Shown: in pieces, positions 17,344 through 27,900 of the stretch
Position numbering within the stretch: the first letter of the stretch is position 1
Layout of the letters: every line of letters begins with the position of its first letter
DNA from: Candidatus Dojkabacteria bacterium
Lineage (GTDB): Bacteria > Patescibacteriota > Dojkabacteria > B142 > OLB20
Direction of reading: 5' to 3'
Assembly: GCA_035444565.1 (NCBI GenBank)
Contig: DAOMOX010000003.1
Location: 159,488-223,487 of the forward strand
Length of the DNA stretch: 64,000 nt
Made by a program: the position numbers and the translations under genes
Notes under the pieces: generated by a model
Database searches by the model: none
Seen by the model: only the letters and a program-made list of their open reading frames with translations
What the model was told of the DNA's origin: nothing

Positions 17344-20300
17344 TTTAAACTTATCTTTTCAGGAGATTTAATATCGATTGAAGAGATTAATTCTTCGACT
17401 CTCGCTATTGGCTCTAGTTCACTAACGGAAATTGAGACAATTAGTAAATCATCCTCAATTTTAACTTCAGAGCTATCTCTATTGGTGAGGACTAAGTATT
17501 TGTTTTTATAATTTGAATCTTTGGTGATGTGATGGAACCCTGTTAATAAATCTTCTACTTCTACATTGTTTAATTCGAAGCCAGAATTGTTAATAACTCG
17601 AATATCTGGATATTTGTTATAGGAAACTACAACGGTAGGTGTTGGAATTGTTGAGTTTGACTCAACTTGTCCTTGTGATGAGTAATCAAGGAGTGCTGTA
17701 AGTGCTGGTAAGGCTAGAGCAAGACTGATTGACATAGATGCAATTTTCCTAGTACTAATGCCATTTAATGCTAAGTCTATCAAACTGAAAAGTGCATTTA
17801 TACCACCTACAATTGCCATTACACTATTTATTGTAGCCCCAGCAACCTTGTCAAATAAACTTCCAATCCAACCACCAAGTGCAGTAAACGCAGCGCTACT
17901 TACTGTGACAATTATTGCAGATAGAGGCGCTCCAGCTCCCAATGATGCTACTGTTGCACTTCCTGCAATTAATGCCCCTACACCAAATCCAACTGTTGTT
18001 CCAATCGTTGCACCAATCGCTGCTCCAATTCCAGTAATCGGAACACCAAGTGCTGCTAATATTGCTAAACCTGCTACCGAACCTATGGCAGAAAAAATCC
18101 CAGGTAACGCAGCACCTCTGATTGCTAATAGTACTTTGGGAAGAAAAGTGAGATTTGCTGATGCTGCAGCTGGTAATATCCCAGCTAAACTTCTTCCAAC
18201 AAATACCTTAGACATTATCCCCAATAGACTCCTATTTATAGCGCTCATACCTGAGACATAACCCATCATACTTAGATAGTTATTTAACGTTGTGAATTTC
18301 AAAAGAATTGTTTCGAGTAAACTACCTCCACTTTTAAACACGAAGTTATCTTTAAAGAAATCTTTCAGAGCTAGTCCTGGAGATCCACGATGAACATTTG
18401 TAAAATTGTCATACAAATCTTGGATTAGATTTGCCATGACTCTAGTGTTCCCAATTTGAAAGACAAGACGATTAAATGGAAGACCAGATAGTTTGGAGAG
18501 ATAACTACCGTATTTACCTGAAAGCAAGCGTCCTGCGATTGCTTGACCCCGACTTGTTCTAAGGATGTATTTAGCTGATGTAACTAATCCAAAAGTACCA
18601 GCAGTTGCGAGAATAGGATTTATCCCTAGGAAACCAGCTAGTGCTCCAGCTACTAATGCTGTCATAAGTCCAGTCTTAGCAGAGGAAAATAGTCGCGCAC
18701 CAGTACCTCCATATGCATTTCCTCCAGCTTTAGCCAGTTTCGCTGCTGCTTCTGGATTATTCTTTACAATATCGTTGGAAAATACTTTTGTGGTTGGATC
18801 TTTATAAATTGCTGAGCCTTGTTTTTGTAACCATGCAATAGGTCTGATTGGTGTTCGCGGTAATGGTGTATGCATTAAGCTGTCTATGGTTTCTAGTCCT
18901 GCTCCTGCTATTGTGGCACCTGCAAATATCGGCATTAACATACTTGCTGGCACACCTAATGCAGATGCCAAGAACATCGCTCCTCCTCCATACACAGCTC
19001 CTATAGGTGCTTTCTTTAGAAATGTTTTTCCAACGTGTCCAACATCTAATGCAGCGTGATAGGCAGGTTTAATGACTGGAACGAATTTGTTATCTACAAT
19101 TTTGTATACTTTGTCATACTGTGCAAATAGACCATTCTTCATTTCTCCGGGTAGTTTGACAACATTTTTAGCGAGCTTCAAGGTTGAACTCGCGGCTGAT
19201 TGCATTCTTTGTCCTACCGAATTCGTGGAGAAGAAATTCCCCATCCTGGATGCTAATGATGTAGTTTTGAGGACCTTGATACCAGATTTGATAAAGTTGA
19301 CTCCTGAGTCAACAATTTTTTTAACAAGGAATTTAAACACAAGACGCATTATTCCATCAGATTTCTTTGATTTGCGTTTCTGTTCTTTTAAGAAGGTAGA
19401 TTTGTTTGTAACAAATGTCGAAATCTGGTTCCTCTTCATTTTAATACCTTTTCCGAATCGAGACTCCTCTAATTTCTCAGAAAATTTAGAACCAATCCCT
19501 TCATATGCTCTTACAACTTCCTCTTTCAGAGCAATTTTTACGACACCAGGTATATCTTGTCTAAATTGATCTGTGCTTTGTAGACGTGTAAGGTCAATTA
19601 TTCCAGCTTTGAATTGGCCTGATTCAATTTTATTGAAGGCTGTTTCAACTTGCTTTGCGCGAATTAGGTCATTACCTCTAGATAAATAAGGGTCAGTGGC
19701 TATGGCAAGATTGACTTTGGTACTCGCCAAACTTGCTGCAATTCCGCTTTTTGACTCATTTCGTTGAGTGATGTTTTCTTTTACTTTTCCAGACAATCTT
19801 ATGTTTACTTTTGGATCTTCATCAATTTCTCTATCGAGATGTGTAACTTCTTTCTCATCGAGTGAACCTAGGTACTTTGTTTCCAATAGGTCTTCAAGCT
19901 TATCAATCTCTGCTGGATTATATTCACTGAGATTAATTTCACTTACATTTACTCCTGTTAATCCTGTGATGAATTCTTGATATTTGTCAGCTCGGATTCT
20001 CTGGTGTGTATCGTCATACAGATGTTCGAGTGAAGCAAAAAAAGGAACTTCTATGTATTCTGCTGTTTTGGAAGCTTGTAGATTTGTTTTGAAATTACTT
20101 ATAACCTTAACCCTGTCAATATTTTCACGACTATTGGCAAGCTTGTGTTCTTCAATATCGGTATTTTCCACTGCTTCTTCAACAGTCGTTTTTGCCACAT
20201 TAACTTCTTTTTTCTTCAATTCAATGAACGCAGCTCGAGTTGGCTTATACGTGGTGATAACTTTGTATAAAGAGTTGAATGTTTCAGTTAATCCAAGAAT

Positions 20301-20783
20301 TTCTGATTCTTTGCCTGTCAGTTCTTTCTTAATATTTTCATTCCTTCGAGCGTTTTTCTCTTTTATTACGTCGGTTGCAAGTGTGAGATATTCATCATAA
20401 CGAGAGGTGATTTTGCCGTGTAGTTCAGATAATTGTGAGAAATTGTTATATACCACTTCCAGGTCTTTGGGGTCCACATCTGAATCATGAAGTGAATCGA
20501 CAAACTTCTGTGCTCTGTTTAATTTAGTATTTGTACCCTTTACAGTTTTGGCTAAGTCTTCGTTTCTGAATTCACCTGCTTTAGCGTCACCTAAAGCTTT
20601 CATTCGGGCCTCAATTTTTTTAATAGTTTCAATTACATACTTTAAATCCTCTTTATCCTTTTCAGAATAAGCGAAAGCCCTCTGTATTTGTGACAATACA
20701 TAACGTTCTTGTTCTTGAAGTTGTTCTAGCAACTTCTTAAGATCTTCCGGTAAAATATTGTTTTCTGGTATTGCTCCTACCAT
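17340..20783 (-). CDS. Large hypothetical protein: coiled-coil N-terminus and multiple Gly/Ala-rich hydrophobic (glycine-zipper) segments
   Basis: 1147-aa ORF; GAAIGATIGTTVGFGVGALIAG and several other hydrophobic stretches. Confidence 0.8.
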   Translation of the reverse strand: MVGAIPENNILPEDLKKLLEQLQEQERYVLSQIQRAFAYSEKDKEDLKYVIETIKKIEARMKALGDAKAGEFRNEDLAKTVKGTNTKLNRAQKFVDSLHDSDVDPKDLEVVYNNFSQLSELHGKITSRYDEYLTLATDVIKEKNARRNENIKKELTGKESEILGLTETFNSLYKVITTYKPTRAAFIELKKKEVNVAKTTVEEAVENTDIEEHKLANSRENIDRVKVISNFKTNLQASKTAEYIEVPFFASLEHLYDDTHQRIRADKYQEFITGLTGVNVSEINLSEYNPAEIDKLEDLLETKYLGSLDEKEVTHLDREIDEDPKVNIRLSGKVKENITQRNESKSGIAASLASTKVNLAIATDPYLSRGNDLIRAKQVETAFNKIESGQFKAGIIDLTRLQSTDQFRQDIPGVVKIALKEEVVRAYEGIGSKFSEKLEESRFGKGIKMKRNQISTFVTNKSTFLKEQKRKSKKSDGIMRLVFKFLVKKIVDSGVNFIKSGIKVLKTTSLASRMGNFFSTNSVGQRMQSAASSTLKLAKNVVKLPGEMKNGLFAQYDKVYKIVDNKFVPVIKPAYHAALDVGHVGKTFLKKAPIGAVYGGGAMFLASALGVPASMLMPIFAGATIAGAGLETIDSLMHTPLPRTPIRPIAWLQKQGSAIYKDPTTKVFSNDIVKNNPEAAAKLAKAGGNAYGGTGARLFSSAKTGLMTALVAGALAGFLGINPILATAGTFGLVTSAKYILRTSRGQAIAGRLLSGKYGSYLSKLSGLPFNRLVFQIGNTRVMANLIQDLYDNFTNVHRGSPGLALKDFFKDNFVFKSGGSLLETILLKFTTLNNYLSMMGYVSGMSAINRSLLGIMSKVFVGRSLAGILPAAASANLTFLPKVLLAIRGAALPGIFSAIGSVAGLAILAALGVPITGIGAAIGATIGTTVGFGVGALIAGSATVASLGAGAPLSAIIVTVSSAAFTALGGWIGSLFDKVAGATINSVMAIVGGINALFSLIDLALNGISTRKIASMSISLALALPALTALLDYSSQGQVESNSTIPTPTVVVSYNKYPDIRVINNSGFELNNVEVEDLLTGFHHITKDSNYKNKYLVLTNRDSSEVKIEDDLLIVSISVSELEPIARVEELISSIDIKSPEKISLN

Positions 20784-20790
20784 ATGTTTT

Positions 20791-21756
20791 TTATAATCTA
20801 CTATTAATTACTTCAATTTGCTCCCTAATTTGTGCAAGTCGTTCATTCAATTCTTTGGCGTCTCCATCACGATTTAAAATCTGTTCTCTTACGATTCGTT
20901 CTTGTTCTCGATGTTCTTGTAATAATTCGAGACCCTGTTCTTTTGTTTCGAATTCTAAATCCAAGTTTTTTCTAATCTTCTGTTCTTGCTGAGTAATTTT
21001 GTATTGCCTATATAAATTTTGCATTTGCATCTTTACTCCCTTTGGAGTCTGATCAAGTGCAGTATTTAGATTCGATACGTAATTAATCAAACGATATGCA
21101 TCCTGTTCGTCTTTATTCCTGAAAACAACCATTTGATTGTCGTCGTTATACCTTGCAATTATATTATTTAGAATTGTTTCTGCCTGTGCAACAGAGATTT
21201 TTGTTTCTTTTATGTATCCTCTTGCCAGAGGTTCTAGCCCTCGTACTTTTGCAATTGGTTTATTGTACATATCAGATTTATAAAACTTGTAAATCTCTTT
21301 CTTCTTTTCATCTACTCTTAACTCTGGCTTAACGGAAACCCTTTCCATTCCGATTCTGGCTCTATCGATCCGTATCCATTTATCCATTAGTTCTTTTAAT
21401 GTTCGAACAGTAGGTCTTTGTTTCTCATAGCTTTCTACAGTAGTAATTCTTTTCCAAGAGGCTGCTTTGATATAGTCTTCTATGACTCTTGAATCTTTCG
21501 AAAGTTGACCCAGACCAACCAGCCTGGTTTCCTGATCGAAAAGCCCTAAATTGATGTATTCATAATATTTATCTCTTAATTGTGTGATTGATTTCACCAA
21601 TTGCTGTCGTAATTGACCAGTACTCATACCTTGGGGCAGAAAGTCAACTGTGATTAGCTTTGTAAAAGGTTCATCACTTTCTAGGAATTTGATCATCTTT
21701 TTAAGTGATACCCCATTTACAGGATACATTTTGTATTTTTCTATCGATTCTGCCAT
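20791..21756 (-). CDS. Hypothetical protein with C-terminal coiled coil
   Basis: 321-aa ORF, translationally coupled to the upstream gene (TAATG overlap). Confidence 0.75.
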   Translation of the reverse strand: MAESIEKYKMYPVNGVSLKKMIKFLESDEPFTKLITVDFLPQGMSTGQLRQQLVKSITQLRDKYYEYINLGLFDQETRLVGLGQLSKDSRVIEDYIKAASWKRITTVESYEKQRPTVRTLKELMDKWIRIDRARIGMERVSVKPELRVDEKKKEIYKFYKSDMYNKPIAKVRGLEPLARGYIKETKISVAQAETILNNIIARYNDDNQMVVFRNKDEQDAYRLINYVSNLNTALDQTPKGVKMQMQNLYRQYKITQQEQKIRKNLDLEFETKEQGLELLQEHREQERIVREQILNRDGDAKELNERLAQIREQIEVINSRL

Positions 21757-22919
21757 TAGTCAGTTAATAGATATTCGTCTAATGTTAAATATGGATTTTC
21801 AATCCCACTCGTAACGATGTTAAATATTAATTTTTTAAAGTCTGTACTAAATCTAATATCGTATAGTTCAGTCGGAATCCTCAAAGTGTCTCCAACATCA
21901 TCATATAGATATAGTTCCACGAGATGATGATATTTTTCGTATAATGTTGATGCGTCTTTGTGATCTATAAATTTAATTTTATAATAATTCTCAGAGACTG
22001 TATAACCTTCTTTGTGGTATAGGATTAATAAATCCACAATATCTTTGACTAAATTGGTTACGATTTTCTTGTCTAATTTGTTCTTTTTAATCATTAGCTC
22101 AACAAATTCGTTTAGCAATGGATCAATGTGATCAAACTTCTTGTAATAACCCTGAGGGTCATTATCAGCTTCTTTCGAGTTGAGTGACTTCACGTTTGTA
22201 ATCGCTTCTACTGGTTTAAATCCTCTATCAATATAATTGTAAACATCTTTGTCGGTACGAATTACTATGGGTTGTAACAATTCTTTAAAAAGTTCTATTA
22301 GCTCGGATTGATTAAAGGAAACTAAGAATACATAATCAGTGATATCAAAAACATGTTTAAGCATTCTGTGAGCCAAATCTAAATAATTACTGTAACTAGA
22401 CATTGTTGCAGCTATTTGGTTAGTCTTTTTTTCAAGTTCTATAGTCGAATCCAAGTCAACGGATCCATTTTCTAATAATTTGATTGCATCGGGTACATAT
22501 ATTTCTAAAAATACCGGAATATCACTAGGTTCCTTCATAAGCTTTGCTAGTTCAGCCTCCTCTTGTGTTAGTATTCTGACTAAAGAGTACTTTGCAAAAT
22601 ATTTCTTTGCTTGAATAAATCGAAGTGTATAGATGTCTTTCTGAATAATTTTAAATTTCTCGAAAGTATCATCCATCTTCAAGTCGATATCTACTCCATT
22701 TTCTTTTAGTAGCGTCGTAGCGGATGAGTTGTATTTTTGAATAAGTGTCAGCTGATCTTTTGTAAGTGGATTTTTAAGTTGGACTTGATAGTTCTGCGTT
22801 GGATCAAGTAAGAAAATGTAATTAAACACCATAGGTGAAATTGATTTGGCGATGTCTCTCTCTATAGCTATGAGAGTATTGTCCTCAACCTTATGATTTA
22901 CGGCATTTGGATTGGTCAT
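21756..22919 (-). CDS. Hypothetical soluble protein
   Basis: 387-aa ORF in a tightly packed same-strand cluster. Confidence 0.75.
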   Translation of the reverse strand: MTNPNAVNHKVEDNTLIAIERDIAKSISPMVFNYIFLLDPTQNYQVQLKNPLTKDQLTLIQKYNSSATTLLKENGVDIDLKMDDTFEKFKIIQKDIYTLRFIQAKKYFAKYSLVRILTQEEAELAKLMKEPSDIPVFLEIYVPDAIKLLENGSVDLDSTIELEKKTNQIAATMSSYSNYLDLAHRMLKHVFDITDYVFLVSFNQSELIELFKELLQPIVIRTDKDVYNYIDRGFKPVEAITNVKSLNSKEADNDPQGYYKKFDHIDPLLNEFVELMIKKNKLDKKIVTNLVKDIVDLLILYHKEGYTVSENYYKIKFIDHKDASTLYEKYHHLVELYLYDDVGDTLRIPTELYDIRFSTDFKKLIFNIVTSGIENPYLTLDEYLLTD

Positions 22920-22935
22920 GCTGTTTTATTTCAAT

Positions 22936-24453
22936 TTATTTCTTCTTGCCTTTAAAAATAGCGCCCAGTCCACCAAACACCTGTCCAGCAGCTTTGGATG
23001 TAGTTTGTCCAACTTGTCCCATTGTCTGGCTACTGCTTTGTACATTCAAGAAATTATTCACCATATCAGGAATAGTTGGAGTGGCAAGAAAGATAATATA
23101 TATCACTAATGCTTTTGTGATACTTGCTGATGTCGAAATCTGATCTGATGAATATCCCAATAAAGGTGGTGTGAATCTGAATTCTCCAGCATTGGAAATT
23201 CCAAGTGCCTCACTTCTACCTATGATTATCATTAATAGAAAGACAGCATAAACGACAATGAATGTAATACTTGCCGCCGCTAATGGTTTGATCGCATTTA
23301 TTATTGAGCTTTTTGTTTTGGAAGGAATTGCAGCTATAAAGAATAACCATGGTAGAAATATCGGTGATATGGCAAGAGTAACATAGTTTTTCAATAATGC
23401 TAGGAACAATCTAAACGCAGCCATAAATGCAGCAAGTCCTAACACTAAATCCAGCAAAGTATTCCCTACTTCTTGGAAACCTGCATTATTTGCTGCCTCT
23501 TCTCCTAATGGGACAACAGAACCGACAAATTTCAACAAACCTAAATTTCCAACATCAATACCATCTGGAACAATATTGTTAACACATTCCTCGTCTTCAC
23601 CAGTTCCCTCGCATCTAAAAATCTCTGCATTCGAAGTTCCCCATATAGCCCATACACTTACAAATGGGTCATCTGGTTGTAAATAGTAAAGGTCGGGTTT
23701 GTCGGGATCGTCTTTTGAAATATCAAGATTTGTAGTACTGGTCACAAATTCATAACCGGGTGCTGTAGGAGATGTGAGAAGTGTACTTTGCACAACATTA
23801 CTACCTATAAATATGAAGTCTACAAAGAATCCCGCTATAGGATAACTCAGACTTACCAGAACTAATGAAACGATTAAAGAAGGTATCGAATTTATAATAC
23901 TTACAGCAGTTTGACCTCCCAGTGACTGTCTGAAAAGTATTAAAAATGCTAACACAATAACAATCACAACGTAAAACGCGTAAACCATATTCCTAGACCA
24001 TTGCCATAAATCCAGCATCGGAAGTAATAGATTATATCCTAGTCCTGGGAAGTAGAAATTATTGTTCACAGAATTAAAATTATCATCATCAGGATCCTGA
24101 GCGTAAACACTTAGTAATTCTCTATCTTGAGTTCTTTGGTAGAGGTCATATGCCCAGACAATGGAACTACTAGGTGGTGAAACATACAGTGTGTCGATTA
24201 ATGCTCCTGCACCGTCTATAGCGGAAATACTATTAGGTCCTGGCTGGAATAGATAAACTTCTTGTGCCGATTCTGGTTCACAAGGCGCGGAACCGATTAG
24301 ACAATTCGCTGTATCGATTAGCGCTGGTGCGAAACCTAAATCTTTAGCATAAGTGCTGACTCCTGACCCTGCAATAAACAAAACTACAGCGAAGACAAAG
24401 CCAAATGTAAGTAAAACTTTCTTTTTCATATTAGAAAATTTGGGTAGAAACAT
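22936..24453 (-). CDS. VirB6/TrbL-like polytopic membrane protein (CPR type)
   Basis: W..SRNMVYAFYVVIVIVLAFLILFR...IPSLIVSLVLVSLSYPIAGFFVD and TLAISPIFLPW..AAIP. ORF extends to 24540; likely start 24453 or 24429. Confidence 0.6.
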   Translation of the reverse strand: MFLPKFSNMKKKVLLTFGFVFAVVLFIAGSGVSTYAKDLGFAPALIDTANCLIGSAPCEPESAQEVYLFQPGPNSISAIDGAGALIDTLYVSPPSSSIVWAYDLYQRTQDRELLSVYAQDPDDDNFNSVNNNFYFPGLGYNLLLPMLDLWQWSRNMVYAFYVVIVIVLAFLILFRQSLGGQTAVSIINSIPSLIVSLVLVSLSYPIAGFFVDFIFIGSNVVQSTLLTSPTAPGYEFVTSTTNLDISKDDPDKPDLYYLQPDDPFVSVWAIWGTSNAEIFRCEGTGEDEECVNNIVPDGIDVGNLGLLKFVGSVVPLGEEAANNAGFQEVGNTLLDLVLGLAAFMAAFRLFLALLKNYVTLAISPIFLPWLFFIAAIPSKTKSSIINAIKPLAAASITFIVVYAVFLLMIIIGRSEALGISNAGEFRFTPPLLGYSSDQISTSASITKALVIYIIFLATPTIPDMVNNFLNVQSSSQTMGQVGQTTSKAAGQVFGGLGAIFKGKKK

Positions 24454-24529
24454 TTTAATGTATTTAAATCTAAATTTAATACAGTATATGAATTGGGGGA
24501 TAAGATTGCAAACTCTTAGGAGAAGAAAT

Positions 24530-24943
24530 TTAAGTTTCAATATCTAGTTCGGACAATCTTTTTCTATAATTTGTAGTTTTCTCGAGTTCGTCGTTAATTA
24601 ATTTTATTAATTCCTCTCGATTTTTTTTACTCAGAATCATTAACAAAGACTTAATCATGCCTTCAAAGTACTTTTTCATGTGTTCGTTAACTTTCTCCTG
24701 AACCTCAGGGAATTCAGAATATAATTTGATAAATTCATTTATAAGTTCTTGATTGTCATCTATATCGGCAAGAGATTCTATCTTGTCGTCTAGTCCTTTT
24801 CTTTCAAGTTCCAGATTCACTTCTACTTCAAGATATGTAAGAAAAATCTCTATGTACTCTTCTTGCATTTGAGCCCACATACTGTTCGTATAGCCTAGTT
24901 TAGATTTTACAAATTCTGATACTTTTGGGCTTATGAAGAACAT
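24530..24943 (-). CDS. Small acidic helical hypothetical protein
   Basis: 137-aa ORF, 15 bp downstream of the giant gene. Confidence 0.7.
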   Translation of the reverse strand: MFFISPKVSEFVKSKLGYTNSMWAQMQEEYIEIFLTYLEVEVNLELERKGLDDKIESLADIDDNQELINEFIKLYSEFPEVQEKVNEHMKKYFEGMIKSLLMILSKKNREELIKLINDELEKTTNYRKRLSELDIET

Positions 24944-24958
24944 AGGTTTTATTTAAAA

Positions 24959-27900
24959 TTATGAAGTAACACTTTTGGCAGTATCTCCTATTACACTTGA
25001 GACGTTCTGAAGTCTATTGTCTGGAACATCAACGTTATCTAGGGCAAGTGCAGACTGTTTGAGTACGTCTTCCGCTCCTTTAACTGCAGCGGCTAATCTG
25101 AGTCGACCTCTTGTGCTATTGAATCTCGGGTTGCTCAATGCTTGTTCAAACGCACTCTCTTGGTTATATAACTCTGCTTCTGATTTAATTGCATTAACTT
25201 TCCTTTTTGACCACAAATCTGCAATTTGAGTAACCTTGTTTGAGATGAAGAAATAGTCAGCGAGTAGTAGTCCGATAGCTGTGGGATTGAGGAATGCTTT
25301 TGACATGATTTGTGCAATTTCAGGATTTACATATCCTCCAAAAATTGAGGCAAGAACACCTGCTGTGACAGTCCATCTTGCGATTTGATCAAATCTAGCG
25401 AAGCCGACCCATTTTTCTTTTTGTTTGCTTGCTTCTGACTTGTATTGAGCTGCGGCTTTTATCATTGTTTGATGGTAGAAGTACAATTCAAGAACCTTTG
25501 TCCTCTCTACTACTACATCTTGGATTGCATTGGTCATTAATCCACTACTATCTGGTAAAGACCTATCATTTTTATTTCCAGGTGTGTGTTGTTTAATTTC
25601 ACCGTAGTTTTGTACTTGTGTTGATTTATTAATACCTTCGAAACTTTTGATTTTCCTCGCTCCAACCCCAGCAGAACTTCTAAGAATTATTGCAGTATCT
25701 ATGTCTTTGAATGTCCGTATGTCTGTGACGTCATTCACTAAATACTGTTTTGTGTGGGGATCTTTTAAATACTTCCCACTTCCATCGGGTCGAAATGTTT
25801 CATTTCTTAATGTTACTGGCAAATCTTCTGGAGATAGCTCTAATAAAGATATACTTTGTTGCGGAGTTAAATGTCTCATTAACGTTACAGGGTCACTATG
25901 GGCCTGTAATTGACTTATTTTTTCTCTCAAATTATCCCTATTAATAATCATCCTTGAGTAGTATTCTCTGATGGCTATTTCTTCCGTTGCTGGAGTAGTT
26001 GCTGTTATAGTAGCTAATTTAGCTTGTGCATTATCTACTTCAAGTTGTGCTGCTTCTATTTCAGTTTTTAAGTTGTCAAATCTCATTTGTAATTGTGCTG
26101 GATCTGTGCGTTGTTTAATCTCTTCTAGGATTTTCCGTTTTGTAAGTTCATCTGTGTCATAGTAACCAGGAATTATCTCAAAAGCCTTTCCTCCAATAGT
26201 CACTATTTCTCGTTCACCACATACACCAGTGGCTGTAGCCTCATACGTCCTAGCAAGTAGATACGCCTGAATATAATCCTTCACATCTTGTAATGGGAGG
26301 TTTTTGCCGTTAATTTTCACAAACCTTCTCTGTTTTTTCCAATCTTCAAGACTTCCTCCAGGTTTGATTGCTTCTACGGCATCTACAGCATCGATTACGT
26401 CTCTTATCGTAAATGTTTTATCATCTTCATGTGCCTTAAGTTGTGCGTCCATAATCGCACTTGAAATTTTATCGAAAGTCCTTCCTTGTTGGATAAAGTC
26501 TTCATCGGTTCCCATCTCCAGTTCTGTTGTATAAACTGATTTGATTCTGAATTGTTTTGTTAAACCTGCCCAGTAGTCAGTCACAGTACCAAGTCGAAGT
26601 TGCATGTCTTTCGGTAGACTTTTTCCGTTTAATGTTTGATTGGGATTGAATGCACCCTTAAGGATATTGTCTATTTCAGCATCTCCATATCCTCTTGCCT
26701 TCAGGCTGGTTCTCATTTTTCCTTTTGAGTTATCTATTTCGGCGAAGAGATTAGCATCGTAATACTTATCAATATCCTCTAATTTAGAATAAACCCCCGG
26801 CTGTCCACCCTCTCCATCAAAATATAAAAGTCCAATTCTATCAGCCGCTAATAAATATGCATGATTCTGTTGTATTTGTGCATGGGAAGTCATTGCTTCA
26901 AGAGTTTCTCTCCAGATAACCTCATATAAGCTTTTCATTTCAAGACCATAGAGATTGTCAATTCCCAATCTTTCTCTCCGGGCTTTATCACTTTCTTTAT
27001 AGAATAACCTAGAACTTTGTAACCTCTTACCAATTTCGGTATATTCCAATCCGAAAGGTAAAAGTCGGTTTCGATTTATCTGTCTAACATCTTTGGTCAG
27101 TCCTAGTTCCGCTAAATCTCTAGGTTTTAATCCTGATTCAGAGAAAAACTTACTTATAATACCTCCGATAATGGGAATTGTTCCAACTACAGGGGTCTCC
27201 ACCTTCTGGAATGAATACCTGACATAATCTTCTTTCGCGAGTAATCCAACGTGTGTTCTCAAATCTACTGCTTCGGATAGATCATATTTATCAGTTGAAA
27301 CTTGTCTTTCAGTACCTATTTCTTCGGTTGTAGGTTTCAGTCCGTCCTCGTTTTGAAGTAGTGAACGATAAATTGAATAAACTCTATTGATTTTGTCATC
27401 AATTTCTTTAAGTCTGTCTTGATATTGTTCATCAGTCCATCCTTCCCTTTCGGCTTGAACTCTTAATCTTCTTACAGCATAGCTTCTGATTTTATTAGTG
27501 TAAATTTTTTCCGTCGTATCACAATACTCACGTGCTGTATGCTCCTTGTCTTCCTTTTTATCTTCTTCTTTATCTTCCTCTTTAACCTCCTCTTTAACCT
27601 CCTCTTTATCTACTTTCGGTGTATACTCTGGTAATTTGAGACCAAGATGTCCGTCCTGATAGATTAGGTCATAGATAAATTCAAGCGTGGATTGAGAACT
27701 TAGTTGATCATATCTAGTTAACCTATTGCTCCATTGAACTATAGTGCTCTTTGTAATTTTGTCTTTATTAGCTGGATTTTCTACTAAATTATTTAAAAGT
27801 CGAATGGTAGCGAGGGATTCGATAGCATTTTCATCTAAGTCTCCCCTATTATTTTTCTTGTTACCTCCTTCTTGAGATTTGTTCTCTATAGTAAATTCAT

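Noticed and set aside
17758-20400. Several + strand ORFs of 70-167 aa, and similar antisense ORFs elsewhere (e.g. 16041-16574, 37356-38135)
   Set aside because: Antisense shadows of long, well-supported genes.
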